The notes: generated by a model from the letters alone, not told the origin. Counted from the whole stretch's first letter, positions 11,781-23,956 are shown. The stretch: DNA of 63,865 nucleotides, filler included, from Collodictyon triciliatum (GCA_043381765.1; 48 parts of 48 records of this genome joined end to end with filler, not necessarily neighbours in it), one strand, 5' to 3'. Made by a program: numbers and translations.

Positions 11781-12038
11781 GGTTAATTAGACAAAAAGAA
11801 GTTGACTATGTAAGATTTCGATTGGAGGATTAAAATGATCCTGGTAAGAGAGATTAGGATAAGGAGAAAGAGAAAAAGAAAAAAAAGAGGGAGAGAGAAA
11901 GAGGAAGAGAAAGAGAAAATGGAAAAGAGAAAAGAGAANNNNNNNNNNNNNNNNNNNNNNNNNNNNNNNNNNNNNNNNNNNNTTAATTAATTAANNNNNN
12001 NNNNNNNNNNNNNNNNNNNNNNNNNNNNNNNNNNNNNN

Positions 12039-13082
12039 GCAAATCTCTCCATGATGATATCAATAGTCTTTCTTTCGTCGATGAAGTTAGACAAGTCTCG
12101 AAGCTGATTAACAATTTCATCGTGAAGGTTTTATATTCATTTACCTTCCATCGCCATGCAGAAATGTCAAATTATCCTTCAAAAAATCATCGATAAAATT
12201 ATGCCCTTACTCTCAAGATGATTGAATAAAAATCATTAAGGTGGACTACGGAAAAGATGTCGAGCAACAGCTGAATTTCTACGTGGAATGTCGCTCCCGC
12301 TTCGCAAATCTGGATTCCGTCAAGGACACTCTGGTCCAAGCCGTGGCCAACTTAGCTATGAGAACTCTTGGTCTGGTAAACGGGCGCCACTCAAAGAAGA
12401 CAGCGGGTTTTGTTCGAGTGAGTGAGAACATGCATTCCCAAATATATGTTCTGGATATCGGCATCAATATATTTACCTTCCTTACTTTTGATTAAATCAT
12501 TTGCTTCCTGTAGGCTTGTGTGGCGTATTGCTTTATTACGATTCCGTCCATCGATAATATTTTCCTGAGGCTCAAACTTTATCTGCTTGCCGGCCAGGTC
12601 AATCGAACTATAGCATCTCTTTACATTAATGCATATGGACGATGAGTAAAGATATACTATCAGAGAAATAGAAGAAAACGAAAGGAGGTCATATCCATAT
12701 TTGGATTTAATCTGATGAAACTTTGCCTTACGTTATAGGTTTCTATGATGAATCAATCCCTCCCGCAGGCCGATGCCATGTTTAAGACTGCCATTAAACT
12801 GATTGCCGAAGTCCCGCCGACTATCGGTACTTTTATGCGTGTGCAAAATTTCAAGAATCGCACCACTTCATGCGTGAAGAAGTAGTGAGGTTTATTCTGG
12901 GCAGCAATCTTAGATTCCTAATTTCTTTAGAAATCGAGAAGCAGATCAAGAGCACTGAGGATATGCTTGTGGACTATATTTTGGAGTTTTTAAGTGCGCT
13001 GGTCACAATCCCTGGGCATCCTGAACACGGTCCTCTTTATCTTGTGCATGGGTTACTGCAAGCTATTCAGGATTATACTTGG
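12039..13082 (+). CDS. VPS35L: VPS35L (C16orf62), Retriever complex subunit, internal exons
   Basis: [81 protein letters not shown]. Confidence 0.92.
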
Positions 13083-13375
13083 TCAGTGCAATACACTTGG
13101 AGTTGTTCCAAATTCATACCATTATTAGATTAAAATATGCAAAAAAAAATAAAAAAAAATTCTGTTTCTTTACTTCTCTTTTTTCTCTTTTTCTCTTTTT
13201 CTCTTTTTCTCTTTTTCTCTTTTTCTCTTTTTCTCTTTTTCTCTTTTTCTCTTTTTCTCTTTTTCTCTTTTTCTTNNNNNNNNNNNNNNNNNNNNNNNNN
13301 NNNNNNNNNNNNNNNNNNNTTAATTAATTAANNNNNNNNNNNNNNNNNNNNNNNNNNNNNNNNNNNNNNNNNNNN

Positions 13376-13550
13376 ACACAGTTTGGTGATGAGTTTCCAC
13401 ATCCCAATTTGCCAAAACCCTTTCGGCTGCATGAACATGTCCGCCCACCACTTCATGGTCAGTGATATCCATGCGGTTTTCGGTGTGATGAGTCCAAAAC
13501 CTCTTATACACTGCTCGTGAATTTATTCTTTGTATTTCTTCGTCGCTAGT
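13376..13550 (-). mobile_element. Possible degenerate non-LTR ORF2 fragment (region preceding the CCHC knuckle) of another family
   Basis: Frameshifted INSRAVYKRF / PKTAWISLTMKWWADMFMQPKGFWQIGMWKLITKL, Trp spacing like L1 zf-RVT upstream region; adjacent to other LINE pieces. Confidence 0.35.
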
Positions 13551-13589
13551 ATTTTCGATACAAATTTAAGGGGAAGAGCAGAACAAAAT

Positions 13590-14252
13590 TCAAGCCTTCC
13601 GCTTCTGACGAGGTTAAAACAAAAATAAAATAGGTGATGCTCATATCAACTACTACAAAACTTGTGACCGCAAATACTTCGTGAGGAGCTGAAACCGTTC
13701 AGACCGACCCACGTGGAGATCAAGAAAGGATAAAGGCTTTTTCAAAGACATGGCCGTGGTAAAGCGTCTTTGTCACAAGAACCAGCTCCCTGCAAAGTTT
13801 ACGGTCATGGGCAAAAAGTGTCCAAAGCGCATTTTCAAAGAGCGTCCGCCAGTTGTAAATAATGAACGACAGGTAAAAGCCCCGCAAAAAGAATACAACC
13901 GCCAAGCAGACAAGCAGCAACGGGGTCAAGGAAACCAGGCTAGGCAACAACAAAATCCGCAAGACTCACAGCAGATACGCGCATACAGCGACAGCGACGA
14001 TGATATGGAAGGAAATCTCGGTTCCTCTTGAGAATCCTCGCACTCGAGCTCTCCACCGCCAACACCAGACAAGCGCACACATAGTAAGACCCAAGAGCAG
14101 TGCATCTCTAAACCCCGAAAATTCCCTTTAAATTACCCGTTCAGACTGACGTGAATATGGTTAACATAGGAGGCATCAAGGCAGTCTTCGTTACATATCC
14201 GAAAGGATACACCAACGCAAATGTAACACAAGAATCAGCGCCCACCAAAAAT
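13590..14252 (+). mobile_element. Putative non-LTR ORF1 fragment (degenerate)
   Basis: Homologous to 8478-9130 with stops and frameshifts. Confidence 0.7.
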
Positions 14253-14414
14253 ATTATCTTTACCACCAAGAAATGTTAGGAAAAAAAGACGCCGTATCCT
14301 AAAAATGAATATTTGGTGGATTGAATCAGGATACAATATGCCTGGGATAAAATATCAGCCCAATGGAGATTGTCTGACAATATCTAATATGTGTCGTTTT
14401 CTAAATTAATACTT

Positions 14415-14612
14415 CCGCACTATGATATCCTACGACTTCGAGAAAGCATATGACTATGTGAACCATGAAGCCCTGGAAATCATCCTAAAAAGGCGAGGAT
14501 TCTGCTCGAAGTTCACCACACTCATCAAGAAGCTACACGACAACGCCGCAACTAGGGTTCTGACTGCACACGGCCCTACCGACATAATCCAGAGACAAAG
14601 CGGCGTCTACCA
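14415..14612 (+). mobile_element. Non-LTR reverse transcriptase fragment (RT subdomains 3-4)
   Basis: ISYDFEKAYDYVNHEAL..IL..RGF..F..LIK.LH..A.TRV...G.T..I....GV: L1-type DFEKAFD motif. Confidence 0.9.
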
Positions 14613-14712
14613 NNNNNNNNNNNNNNNNNNNNNNNNNNNNNNNNNNNNNNNNNNNNTTAATTAATTAANNNNNNNNNNNNNNNNNNNNNNNNNNNNNNNN
14701 NNNNNNNNNNNN

Positions 14713-15557
14713 TCGCAACAAGCTTCACGGCGAAGAGGCCTGCCTTCAGCTGCACCTTGAAGACCAGCCCGAAGCCGCCCTTGCCCAGGAAGTTCTCCCG
14801 TTTCTCAAAGTTCATTGTCAGGAGATCTGCGTAGTTGCCGCGGGCTAGGCGGCTGGTCGGGGCTGCGTAGATGCCGGACTGGATGTTGGGACTGGCTGCA
14901 ACCTGTGTAAGTGGAGGGTTTGTGTCAGGTAATGTCTGTTAGCTTTTATGGCTTCTGCGGTGGTGTCGACCTAGCGTTATGTTAGTTGTGTCCTGTGTTG
15001 TGTATGTGGGGGTTGGGGGTGGATGTGTGCTTACGGGGTCGTAGAGCTGCAGCTTTCGGAGGGCGTCGGCAAAGTTCAGTGTCATTCCAGGATAAGGTTT
15101 CTCTGTGTTGTTCCAGCAGGGGAGATTTGAGATGCCACGCGGGGCTCTCTTTATGGTTTGTCGGCCCTCCCATTCGATGAATAGTATTTTCAGATTTGTG
15201 AGGGCTGTGATCTGTGCTGGAAGTTCCTCCATCTGTGTGTATCGTTGTCAGTCATTTTCTTCTAAACATAAATAATAACATAATATATGAATAAAAACAT
15301 ACCGGATTTACATGAACATAAAGTCCTGTGAGACCAGTCAAACACGATATTTGTGCAGGTATCGATGACAGCTGATTGACAGCAAGACCCAATGCTTCCA
15401 GACCAGTCAACAAAAAGACACCAGGCGGCACAGATGACAGATTCTTTTCACCGAGATTCAGAGATGTGGATCGTTTCAGAGTGGCAATATCAGCATGACC
15501 AGAAAGTTTCCGGACTTCTTCCAAAAGCGCATCTTCAGCAGACAAAGTATTTCCCAT
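14713..15557 (-). CDS. LRR-containing protein kinase with N-terminal MGxxxS motif, 3-prime partial; exons 15557-15303, 15232-15035, 14902-14713
   Basis: MGNTLS; LRRs LNLGEKNLSSVP, LGLAVNQLSSIP, LYVHVNPMEELP; kinase subdomains I-II FLGKGGFGLVFKVQL..FAVK; GT-AG introns in frame. Confidence 0.85.
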
Positions 15558-16048
15558 AATCTGGACAGATTCTGCTGTATATATGGGTGGACTGGCTGGG
15601 TGTCAATACAATACACATCATTTATCTGTTTTATGAGTGGACTTGACAATCACACAGGACAGAATTACTCGAGTCAGAACGGTGGGGTTGTGCACACAGA
15701 GATCAGAAAGTACTTTGTGTATAAAAAAAGAGGAGAAGGATTTCGACAAGACGACATTAAATATCCCGCAAAGGCCGGCGGATTTTTCAGAGAAGACGAC
15801 TTGTGCAGAACTTGTGTGCTTGTGCTTCCTTGGAAATTCACCGGTTCGGGGTTGGCCACAGCCAAGGTTGACCTCTTGCATCGAAAGTCTTGGGAATAGC
15901 CGGGTGCTTGTCGCGTGCGTCACCGGGCGTCACCAAAGACCTGGGAATNNNNNNNNNNNNNNNNNNNNNNNNNNNNNNNNNNNNNNNNNNNNTTAATTAA
16001 TTAANNNNNNNNNNNNNNNNNNNNNNNNNNNNNNNNNNNNNNNNNNNN

Positions 16049-16870
16049 AGGGTTGGGCCCGTCTTTCACCCCTGGACTGCGTGGGTTGCGAGGGTTTGCG
16101 GTTGGGTTTTCCGTGGTATTTGCCCTGGTGCTTGTTATGTTTGGTATCGTGTTTAGGCTTCTTCTTCGGTTCAGGGAGGAGTATGAAGGGGACGAGGAAT
16201 CCTTGCAGGTTTATTTTCTTATCAGGCACTTTGGGCAGTTCTGATGGCGGGAACTTGACCAGCGCGTCATTGGTCCAGATACCGTCCACAGCTTCGTAGT
16301 AAACTATGGTAGGCGAAAATGTTGCTTTGCAGGCCTCTTCGATGTCTGCCTTGGTGAAGCCTGGGGGAATGTCGCCGATGATAGCGGAGTGGAGAGATGG
16401 CCTCTCTTGGTATGGGCGGAAAAAGCGGCCGAGCAGTTTAAACTGTCCTGCTTTGGCAAACTCTGCGGCGTTTTGTTGGTGCGGGAAGGCTACTGTGTAT
16501 CCTTGGGGTTGATCGTACAGTTGCATATTCACGTTCTCCTCGTAGCACTTGAGTTGTTTAAGGACTTGGGCGAGTTCTTTCATCGCTTGGTTGCGGGCTT
16601 CGTGGTTCTGGGGCAGTTTGTATTTACCTCGAAGGTGGACGTAGCAGCCGGCTCCGTACAGGTTCAGCTCCTGGGCTCTCTTTGATCGGCGGATCTATGT
16701 GGCCGAGGGTCTTGGTGGAGTTGTGTACCCGATTCTTGTGCGTTCGAGTGTGTTTGTCTCAAGCTTGCGCTTTCGACCTGCACACTCGAGTCGGGCTCCG
16801 TGTGTTGTTCCCGATGAGATAGAAGAGCGTGACACAGAAAACGTGTTAGAAAGGTCGGAGTGGAGTGCAA
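16049..16870 (-). mobile_element. Putative non-LTR ORF1 5-prime part (second ORF1 family), one in-frame TAG at 16695-16697
   Basis: Intronless reading frame with RRM-like segments (YTVAFPHQQNAAEFAK; AIIGDIPPGFTKADIEEA..GIWTNDALVKF) then a basic tail; similar layout to 8478-9264. Confidence 0.6.
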
Positions 16871-17184
16871 ATAAAAGTGAAAGTAAAATTGTCAGAATTG
16901 ATGTAAATTGGAGGTAAATAGCACGCATCGACCAGGCATTGTGTTAGCACCGAAAAGATAGATTCTAAAACAATAAATATTTTATGGTGTGGACAGTGGT
17001 GAATTATCAAGGAATGAAACAAGATGTATGGGTGTTTCATTGTTTGAATGTATAGGTAATCAGATATCAAAATAATGTTCGGTTGTTTTATTCTTGGAAG
17101 ACTCTTCGCATCTCCTCACACAATCCAATCAAAGTCTCGTTCCCATTTGCTAAAAATCGAAAATGGCGGATGGATGGTTATTTT

Positions 17185-17283
17185 AGAGAGAGAGTGAGAG
17201 AGTGAGAGAGTGAGAGAGTGAGAGAGTGAGAGAGTGAGAGAGTGAGAGAGTGAGAGAGTGAGAGAGTGAGAGAGTGAGAGAGT
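17185..17283. repeat. (GAGAGT)n microsatellite
   Basis: Direct reading. Confidence 0.95.
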
Positions 17284-17390
17284 NNNNNNNNNNNNNNNNN
17301 NNNNNNNNNNNNNNNNNNNNNNNNNNNTTAATTAATTAANNNNNNNNNNNNNNNNNNNNNNNNNNNNNNNNNNNNNNNNNNNNTTTATTT

Positions 17391-17426
<36 letters not shown>

Positions 17427-17445
17427 CATTCTTTTTTTTTTTTAG

Positions 17446-17949
17446 TTGATGCAGAGTCACGAGGAGGCCATACATAAGTTAACACAGGACATATCTAAAT
17501 TAATGGAAAGAGTCAAAAAGGAGCAAGACAGATCAAATTTAATAAACGTGCAGGTGAATATCAACGTAGCGATATGTTTTCCTTCATTTAATTGGGACAT
17601 GTATAAAAGATTCCTGGATTTAGCAGATTGTATTATGATGCCTAGATGATTTTTACCTTTATTCGATTATGATGCCTAAATGATAATAAGATCTCCGAGT
17701 ATGAAAACAAAACCCGACTTATGAGGGAAAGAGAAAGAAACCTGCTTCATCTACTAGACGAAAAGGATGAAGAATGTAAGATAAATGTGGCAAAATGTGT
17801 TTCTCTTGTTCCAAAATCAGTAATTTAAATTAAAAAAGAAATGTAAAAGGTGATGCCCACAGGCGCCGCAGCAGTAAATTAATCATCGATGTTAATGGTA
17901 TTCGTTATATATTGGTTTATATGTAACATTTAAGAGAACGCAGATATTT

Positions 17950-17980
<31 letters not shown>

Positions 17981-17983
17981 TTT

Positions 17984-18015
<32 letters not shown>

Positions 18016-18446
18016 GAGTCCCTTCATATTTATATGGCATATATGGCTTACATAGATTTGCACAATGACTTTGCAAAAGAATGTGAGATAAGCGACCAAA
18101 TTATATGTGAGGTGAATTATATATGTCTGTAGTGTCGACTCAATTCATCTTTTATTACCATTTAATACGATCATTTTGACTTGTACGAACTTTAATATTG
18201 AAAGGCGAATAAATGTATTCACATGACTATCCAATTTTAAAATAGTTACGAGCCCTAAAAAATGAACACTGTCGGCAAGGAGCTGCAGAAACATTTAGCG
18301 TGAAACCGAAGTCTTCGATGTTTGTTGATGACCTCAGATCAAAGAGTATCCCAGAAAAGATGGGCGCTCCAAGTCACTCTTCTGATCGAGAATCAAATAG
18401 ATATCCACTCATCACACCAGTGTTGGATTCTTATCACAGGCCGAAT
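17446..18446 (+). CDS. Uncharacterised coiled-coil protein, partial multi-exon
   Basis: Exon peptides LMQSHEEAIHKLTQDISKLMERVKKEQD; ISEYENKTRLMRERERNLLHLLDEKDEE; flanked by GT-AG introns. Confidence 0.5.
17632..17684 (-). mobile_element. Probable ultra-short family A 3-prime tip with 19-bp target-site duplication (intronic)
   Basis: ATTATGATGCCTA(G/A)ATGAT repeats flank TTTTACCTTTATTCG, whose reverse complement matches the family A terminus ATCGAATAAAGG.AAAA. Confidence 0.55.
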
Positions 18447-20184
18447 GTAAATTTAAATTTACCTGTTGATATAGCATGAATTGCTGCTTTTGTTTCATAT
18501 ACGTTTTCTATTATTCTATTATTCTTTTATTCTTTTATTCTTTTATTCTTTTATTCTTTTATTCTTTTATTCTTTTATTCTTTTATTCTTTTATTCTTTT
18601 ATTCTTTTATTCTTTTATNNNNNNNNNNNNNNNNNNNNNNNNNNNNNNNNNNNNNNNNNNNNTTAATTAATTAANNNNNNNNNNNNNNNNNNNNNNNNNN
18701 NNNNNNNNNNNNNNNNNNCTAGGCATGAAGGATGTGCCAATAACATTTGTTTCTTTTTTTAATGAGTAGTTTATAAACACAACTAATAAATTTGGTGGAT
18801 AGTGCATTTTAAAATCATTGGATTCATTGAAGTTAATTAACAAACATTTTATCTAAGATTTCCTTCTTCAAACTTTGTATCTTTATTTTTTGATGACGTG
18901 CCTTCAGTCATTGCATAAGATAAGATACTGAGCTTCGAGGTTTTTTTGGTGATTTTTAAATAAAAATAAAAATTAAGTAGATATGAACAACATCCTGGAC
19001 GAACCCAATTGAAAGATTAAGTAATAATCAAGTAATAAGTCCTGGATGAACAACATCATGTGAAAATCAAATTATTGTTAAAGTTATAAGAGTCAATATG
19101 GTTTTAATGAGCAATATTTTGTGCTTATTTGAAATTTGGAAGCCTTACGTAGATATTCTGATTCGCTTTTACTGATTTATATATGGAAACATGATAACAA
19201 TCTATTTGCACCTGGACGATATGGACGAAATGTATGAAGCTCCTGTTGAATGTAAAACTTTTGAAAAATCGCGGTCTTTTGGTATTATTTAATATTTTAT
19301 TGTATATTCGAAGCATTTTTGTGACATCGAGTTTTCATTTGTTGACAAAAATTGTCCATGCTTTCATATATAGAACTTTTCTTGGATATCCATGTAATAT
19401 AATATAATATAAAAGCTTTTTTATTTTTTTGTATGGATATCTTTGTAATATGTCATTGCACTGTAACTTTCACTGTTTTTTGCTCATTTTCAAAATCATT
19501 GACGACAAGAAGGTTTCTTCAGCCATTATTCAATGAACTCACAAGTTTCATGTATATCTGAAAAATTGTGTGCATTTTTTCATGAATGTCTAGGTGTATT
19601 CAACTCTTATTCGCTCATTTATGAATTTTATGCACTTAATGTAGCAAAATATTATCACAAAGAGAGGGCTACTATAACCCAATTACATAAGATGATTATG
19701 AGATGAATCAGTTTCTTGGAGAAGCAGAAAGTCCTGTCTGCTGATTAATCATACCATTGAAGCTAATATAATACATATTCAACACCATTTTCTGTACATT
19801 CATATGTTAAAATCCTTTATGGTGCAATCAACCTTGTTCCATATTACTACTCTATTCAAATAAAAATCCAAAATATGTTTATTGATTTTACTATTGCTTT
19901 TAACTAAATATCATAGAATAATGGGCAATGTTGAGGATGAAAAATCATTCAAANNNNNNNNNNNNNNNNNNNNNNNNNNNNNNNNNNNNNNNNNNNNTTA
20001 ATTAATTAANNNNNNNNNNNNNNNNNNNNNNNNNNNNNNNNNNNNNNNNNNNNAAAGAAAAAAGAAAAGAAAAAGAAAAAGAAAAGAAGAAAAAAAAAGA
20101 AAAAAGAAAAGAAAAAGAAAAAGAAAAGAAGAAAAAAAAAGAAAAAAGAAAAGAAAAAGAAAAAGAAAAGAAAAGCTCTTTGAC

Positions 20185-21270
20185 CTTATTGCGCAGAAGG
20201 ATGCCTCGAAGAATCTCGTTGTGTGTGGACAGAGCTGCGCTCATCTCTTCAGGGTGATGCTTCCATAGACTGGTCGACCCTTGCACGTCTGTGAAAACAA
20301 GCGCGAGTTTTCCTGTGGGGGCATTTTGTTCACATTTGTAAACAGTCAAAGCCATTGACCCACCCATGGAGTATGAAGCTGATGACTGCTTCTCATGGAA
20401 GAACTTCGTCTGCTCGTTGACAATCGTTGTGAAGCTTGGCCTCTCTGCCTCATTCTGATTCCAGCATTTTTGCATTAACGCCTGCATCTGTTTGGGCATC
20501 ACAAGGGCGGTAGGAACAGGTGGACGGTAGCTTTCCTTGCAAACTTGGTATGCCACAGATTCCATCACCTCGCCCTATTGTTTGAGATGCGACATATCAT
20601 CACCATATCCACACACTCCGAGGCTAGGATGCCACTTGTTTGTCAATGGGGCCCTCATACCTCGTACGGCTCCTTTCTGGTGTATATCTCCCATATGATG
20701 ATTGCATAGCTGTAGACATCCGCGCTTGTCTTGTATTCGCCTCCTAGAATCACCTCCGGTGCTGTCCAAAGTAGAGTTCCCATCAAGTCATCGCCAACCC
20801 ATTTACTTTTCTTTACGCCACTCAGTCCAAAGTCACTATTGCATTCAGACCACACAAAAGTATCTGCATCAGTTCGGCAAAAGCACACACATCATACAGT
20901 CCGATGAGTTCTTTTAGAATACTGAAATCTTTGGTGGACACAACAATTACCTGATTTTGAGGTTCCATCTTGTGTCCAACTTAGGTGTTAGCATATTTAT
21001 TAAAAGAAAGAAAAAAAAGAGTAAGTAAGAGAAAGAACAAGAAAAACAAAAACGAAGAAAAAAAGCAAAGATATAGAAGCATTAGTTTAACCGAGCGACT
21101 ATATTACAAACACTCTTGCTTTCTTTTTGAAGCTAAATCCATACTTCCAGAGCATTCATAATGAAAAATAATACCTCAATTGAGTCGGAATACTTACAAG
21201 AAGATTGGGACTTTTCAGGTCGCGGTGAAGAATCGGAGGGTTGGACATGTGCAAGTATTGAAGACCTATG
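20185..21270 (-). CDS. TKL-type protein kinase fused to class III adenylyl/guanylyl cyclase domain, internal exons
   Basis: [57 protein letters not shown]..CW...ERPSF, then APTGKLALVFTDVQGSTSLW...M..AL..HN.ILR (cyclase start). Confidence 0.92.
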
Positions 21271-21680
21271 GATTCATGACTTTATCTCNNNNNNNNNNNN
21301 NNNNNNNNNNNNNNNNNNNNNNNNNNNNNNNNTTAATTAATTAANNNNNNNNNNNNNNNNNNNNNNNNNNNNNNNNNNNNNNNNNNNNTTTTTTTTCTCT
21401 CTTTTTTTTTCTCTTTTTTTTCTCTCTTTTTTTTCTCTCTTTTTTTTCTCTCTTTTTTTTCTCTCTCTTTTTTTTCTCTCTCTCTTTTTTTTCTCTTTTT
21501 TTTTCTCTCTCTCTCTTTCTTCCAACGTTACAGCCATCGAATTGGCTAGTCGTTTTCATGCTCTCACTGCATGTCTATATCTAGTGGTTGTGAATATACG
21601 AGGTTGTTCTTCTCAGTTGTCTAATTATTTTTTAAAAGAAATGACTGGTATTATAACATCCTCTGCTCTTCTATGACCAG

Positions 21681-22320
21681 GAATTCACTGCGTTGTGGAT
21701 AGGCTTTGATCGTGACAACAGCGGGTCCATCAACTTTGATGAGTTTTTGGCAGCTGTTCGGGTGCTTATTGATTCCTTTCACGGAATGAACTCTTTTCTC
21801 GTTTCTCCTTCTCTTTCTTTCTTTTCTGTCTTTATCTCATCAAACCACCGCGCTGACAAATGTGCCACTCAACCTGTAGGGCGATATGAGTGCAACACGC
21901 AAAAAGTGGGTCCTGAAAGCATACCAGAAACTTGACAGGGACGGAAGCGGTAGTCCATCGCCTACATTTTTTTTCTCATTTATTCGATTCGAGTTTGTTA
22001 CTTGTATTTTATCAATGGCGATTTTTTTTTCCCCTTTTATTCATGCAACTCATTCGACTGCTCCATCTGTAGGCATGGTCAACATCGACGATATCCGTGG
22101 AGTTTACAAGGCTGACAAGCATCCGAAGGTTCTGAGCGGAGAGCGCACAGAGGCGCAGATTCTGAACGAGTTTCTTGGCGGATTCGAAAAGTATGGAGAT
22201 GTGGATGGCCAAGTGACCATCGACGAGTTTACCATGTACTACCAGGACGTGAGCAACAGCATCGACAGCGACGACTATTTCATTCAGATGATCTGTGCAG
22301 CATGGCAACTAAAGGATTAG
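21681..22320 (+). CDS. CAPS: Calcyphosin-like EF-hand protein, C-terminal exons
   Basis: FDRDNSGSINFDEFLAAVR-GDMSATRKKWV.KAYQKLDRDGS-G.VNIDDIRGVY.A.KHPKV.SGERTE..IL.EFL..F..DGQVT.DEF..YY..VS.SIDSDDYF..M...AW, stop at 22318-22320. Confidence 0.9.
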
Positions 22321-22722
22321 TTCTGGCTATGAAATCATGGCCATCGCCCCCACCCGGCACCATGGAAGCGGCGTTGCTGCTCTCCTTTGCAAGTGATAAT
22401 AAACCAAACAAACGGACTTAGCGGTCGTCACTCTTCGCCCCGTTCTTTTGTATCCCTGGTGGTAAATGATGTCATTTCGGGCACAATGAAAAGCGGAAGT
22501 TTGACCGAAGAAGAGAAAAAAAAAGAGTCAGGAGATAACACAGCAGCACACAACAAATGATAGTACACAGTAGTCCCAAACATGTAGATGAAAAACTACA
22601 TTCAAAAGAAAAAGTAAAAACTNNNNNNNNNNNNNNNNNNNNNNNNNNNNNNNNNNNNNNNNNNNNTTAATTAATTAANNNNNNNNNNNNNNNNNNNNNN
22701 NNNNNNNNNNNNNNNNNNNNNN

Positions 22723-22724
22723 AA

Positions 22725-22795
<71 letters not shown>

Positions 22796-22830
22796 ATGAA
22801 TGAATGAATGAATAAATAAATAAATAAAAG
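22723..22830. repeat. (AAAT)n microsatellite
   Basis: Direct reading. Confidence 0.95.
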
Positions 22831-23435
22831 CCAGGGAGTATTCTGACTTCCTTTTAATAAACAAAACAAAAAAAAAACTAACTAAACTAAACTAAACTCA
22901 ACTAATAAGGTCGATGGTTGAGTAGCTGGGGAAGACGAAGTGCCCCGAAAATAGTGTTGATGGAAAAAAGATATATATATATATATCCCATGAAAATGTG
23001 AAACAATAATTCAGCTCAGGGGCTTTCATGCTTCCGTTTCCTCCTTTTTCTTTAGCAAATCCCATGCCGGCCCACTCACTTTCTCAGTTCTGCCACCTTC
23101 GGTGCTTTACTCGCGTTGTGATTGATTTTTGTGCTTCAGCATTACGATCACATCAAAGCAGGAGAATAATGTAACGGATGTTGCGGCGCTGGATTGAGCG
23201 AAAGAGAAAGAAAGGACACCTTTGCTAAATTTCGTTGAACTATGCCTTTTGTGTAATTTTGCAGGGTTCCCTTTTTTGGGCGTATCAACCGAGGCACAGT
23301 AATTGCACAGCAGAGCAGAAACCCAACCGACGCCGGCATCAAATGTAAGATGTTCGATTCCCAGTAATACATAATATATGTGGAAAATATTATAGAAGTT
23401 TTTGTATAATTTATTAAATGAGGGAATACATGCAA

Positions 23436-23956
23436 TTTTTTCGCCTTTATTCGATTTAAAGTGTAGCGAGGTTATGCCATACAAAGGGGCGGGATGGAAG
23501 CGCATGGGAGAGAGCAAACGCGAGTAGGAGAAGACACTACCGTGGAGAGGGTAGCACTGGAAAGAAGTCAGTGATAGCGAGTTGGTCAGGCGGGCGTCCC
23601 AACTGGTTGATTGGCTGCGTAGGTAGCAGGGGTTGGAGACTATCGGCGGTTCTATAATGCCTATAGTTTCGGCCCAACGACTCATCTTCTCCGGTTTGTA
23701 AGGATTAAAGCTGATGATTTTATATCGGAAGAATTTGGAGTACGCCATGGCCATCGAGAATTGCGGAGAGTCAGGTCTAATGGACCGCCTTTGCTTCTTC
23801 AGGCGAAAGAAAAATGGCGACGGTGCTCCGTATGAGATGGGACGTCGTGGGCGCCATTCTCCTTTGTTGTTCAGGACGGCTGTGGTTGGGGTTGCATTCG
23901 AGGAGTGAAATATCGTTGCATTTTTCGACGGTGCGAAGCTCCCATCCTTTTGGAAT
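23436..23956 (-). mobile_element. Family A LINE copy with internal deletion (junction 23637/23638)
   Basis: 23638-23956 matches 56439-56757; 23436-23637 matches the family A 3-prime end; the CCHC region is missing. Confidence 0.85.

Noticed and set aside
17946..18015. Duplicated T10-A24 palindromic tract (similar at 47868-47925)
   Set aside because: Homopolymer low complexity; likely slippage or misassembly
18719..19953. AT-rich contig as decayed DNA transposase or alternative-code gene
   Set aside because: All three stop types in every frame examined and no convincing motif
21967..21998. Another family A tail-like match (minus GAATCGAATAAATGAGAAAAAAA) in the calcyphosin intron; similar at 52996-53015
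   Set aside because: No clear target-site duplication; short AT-rich matches may be chance
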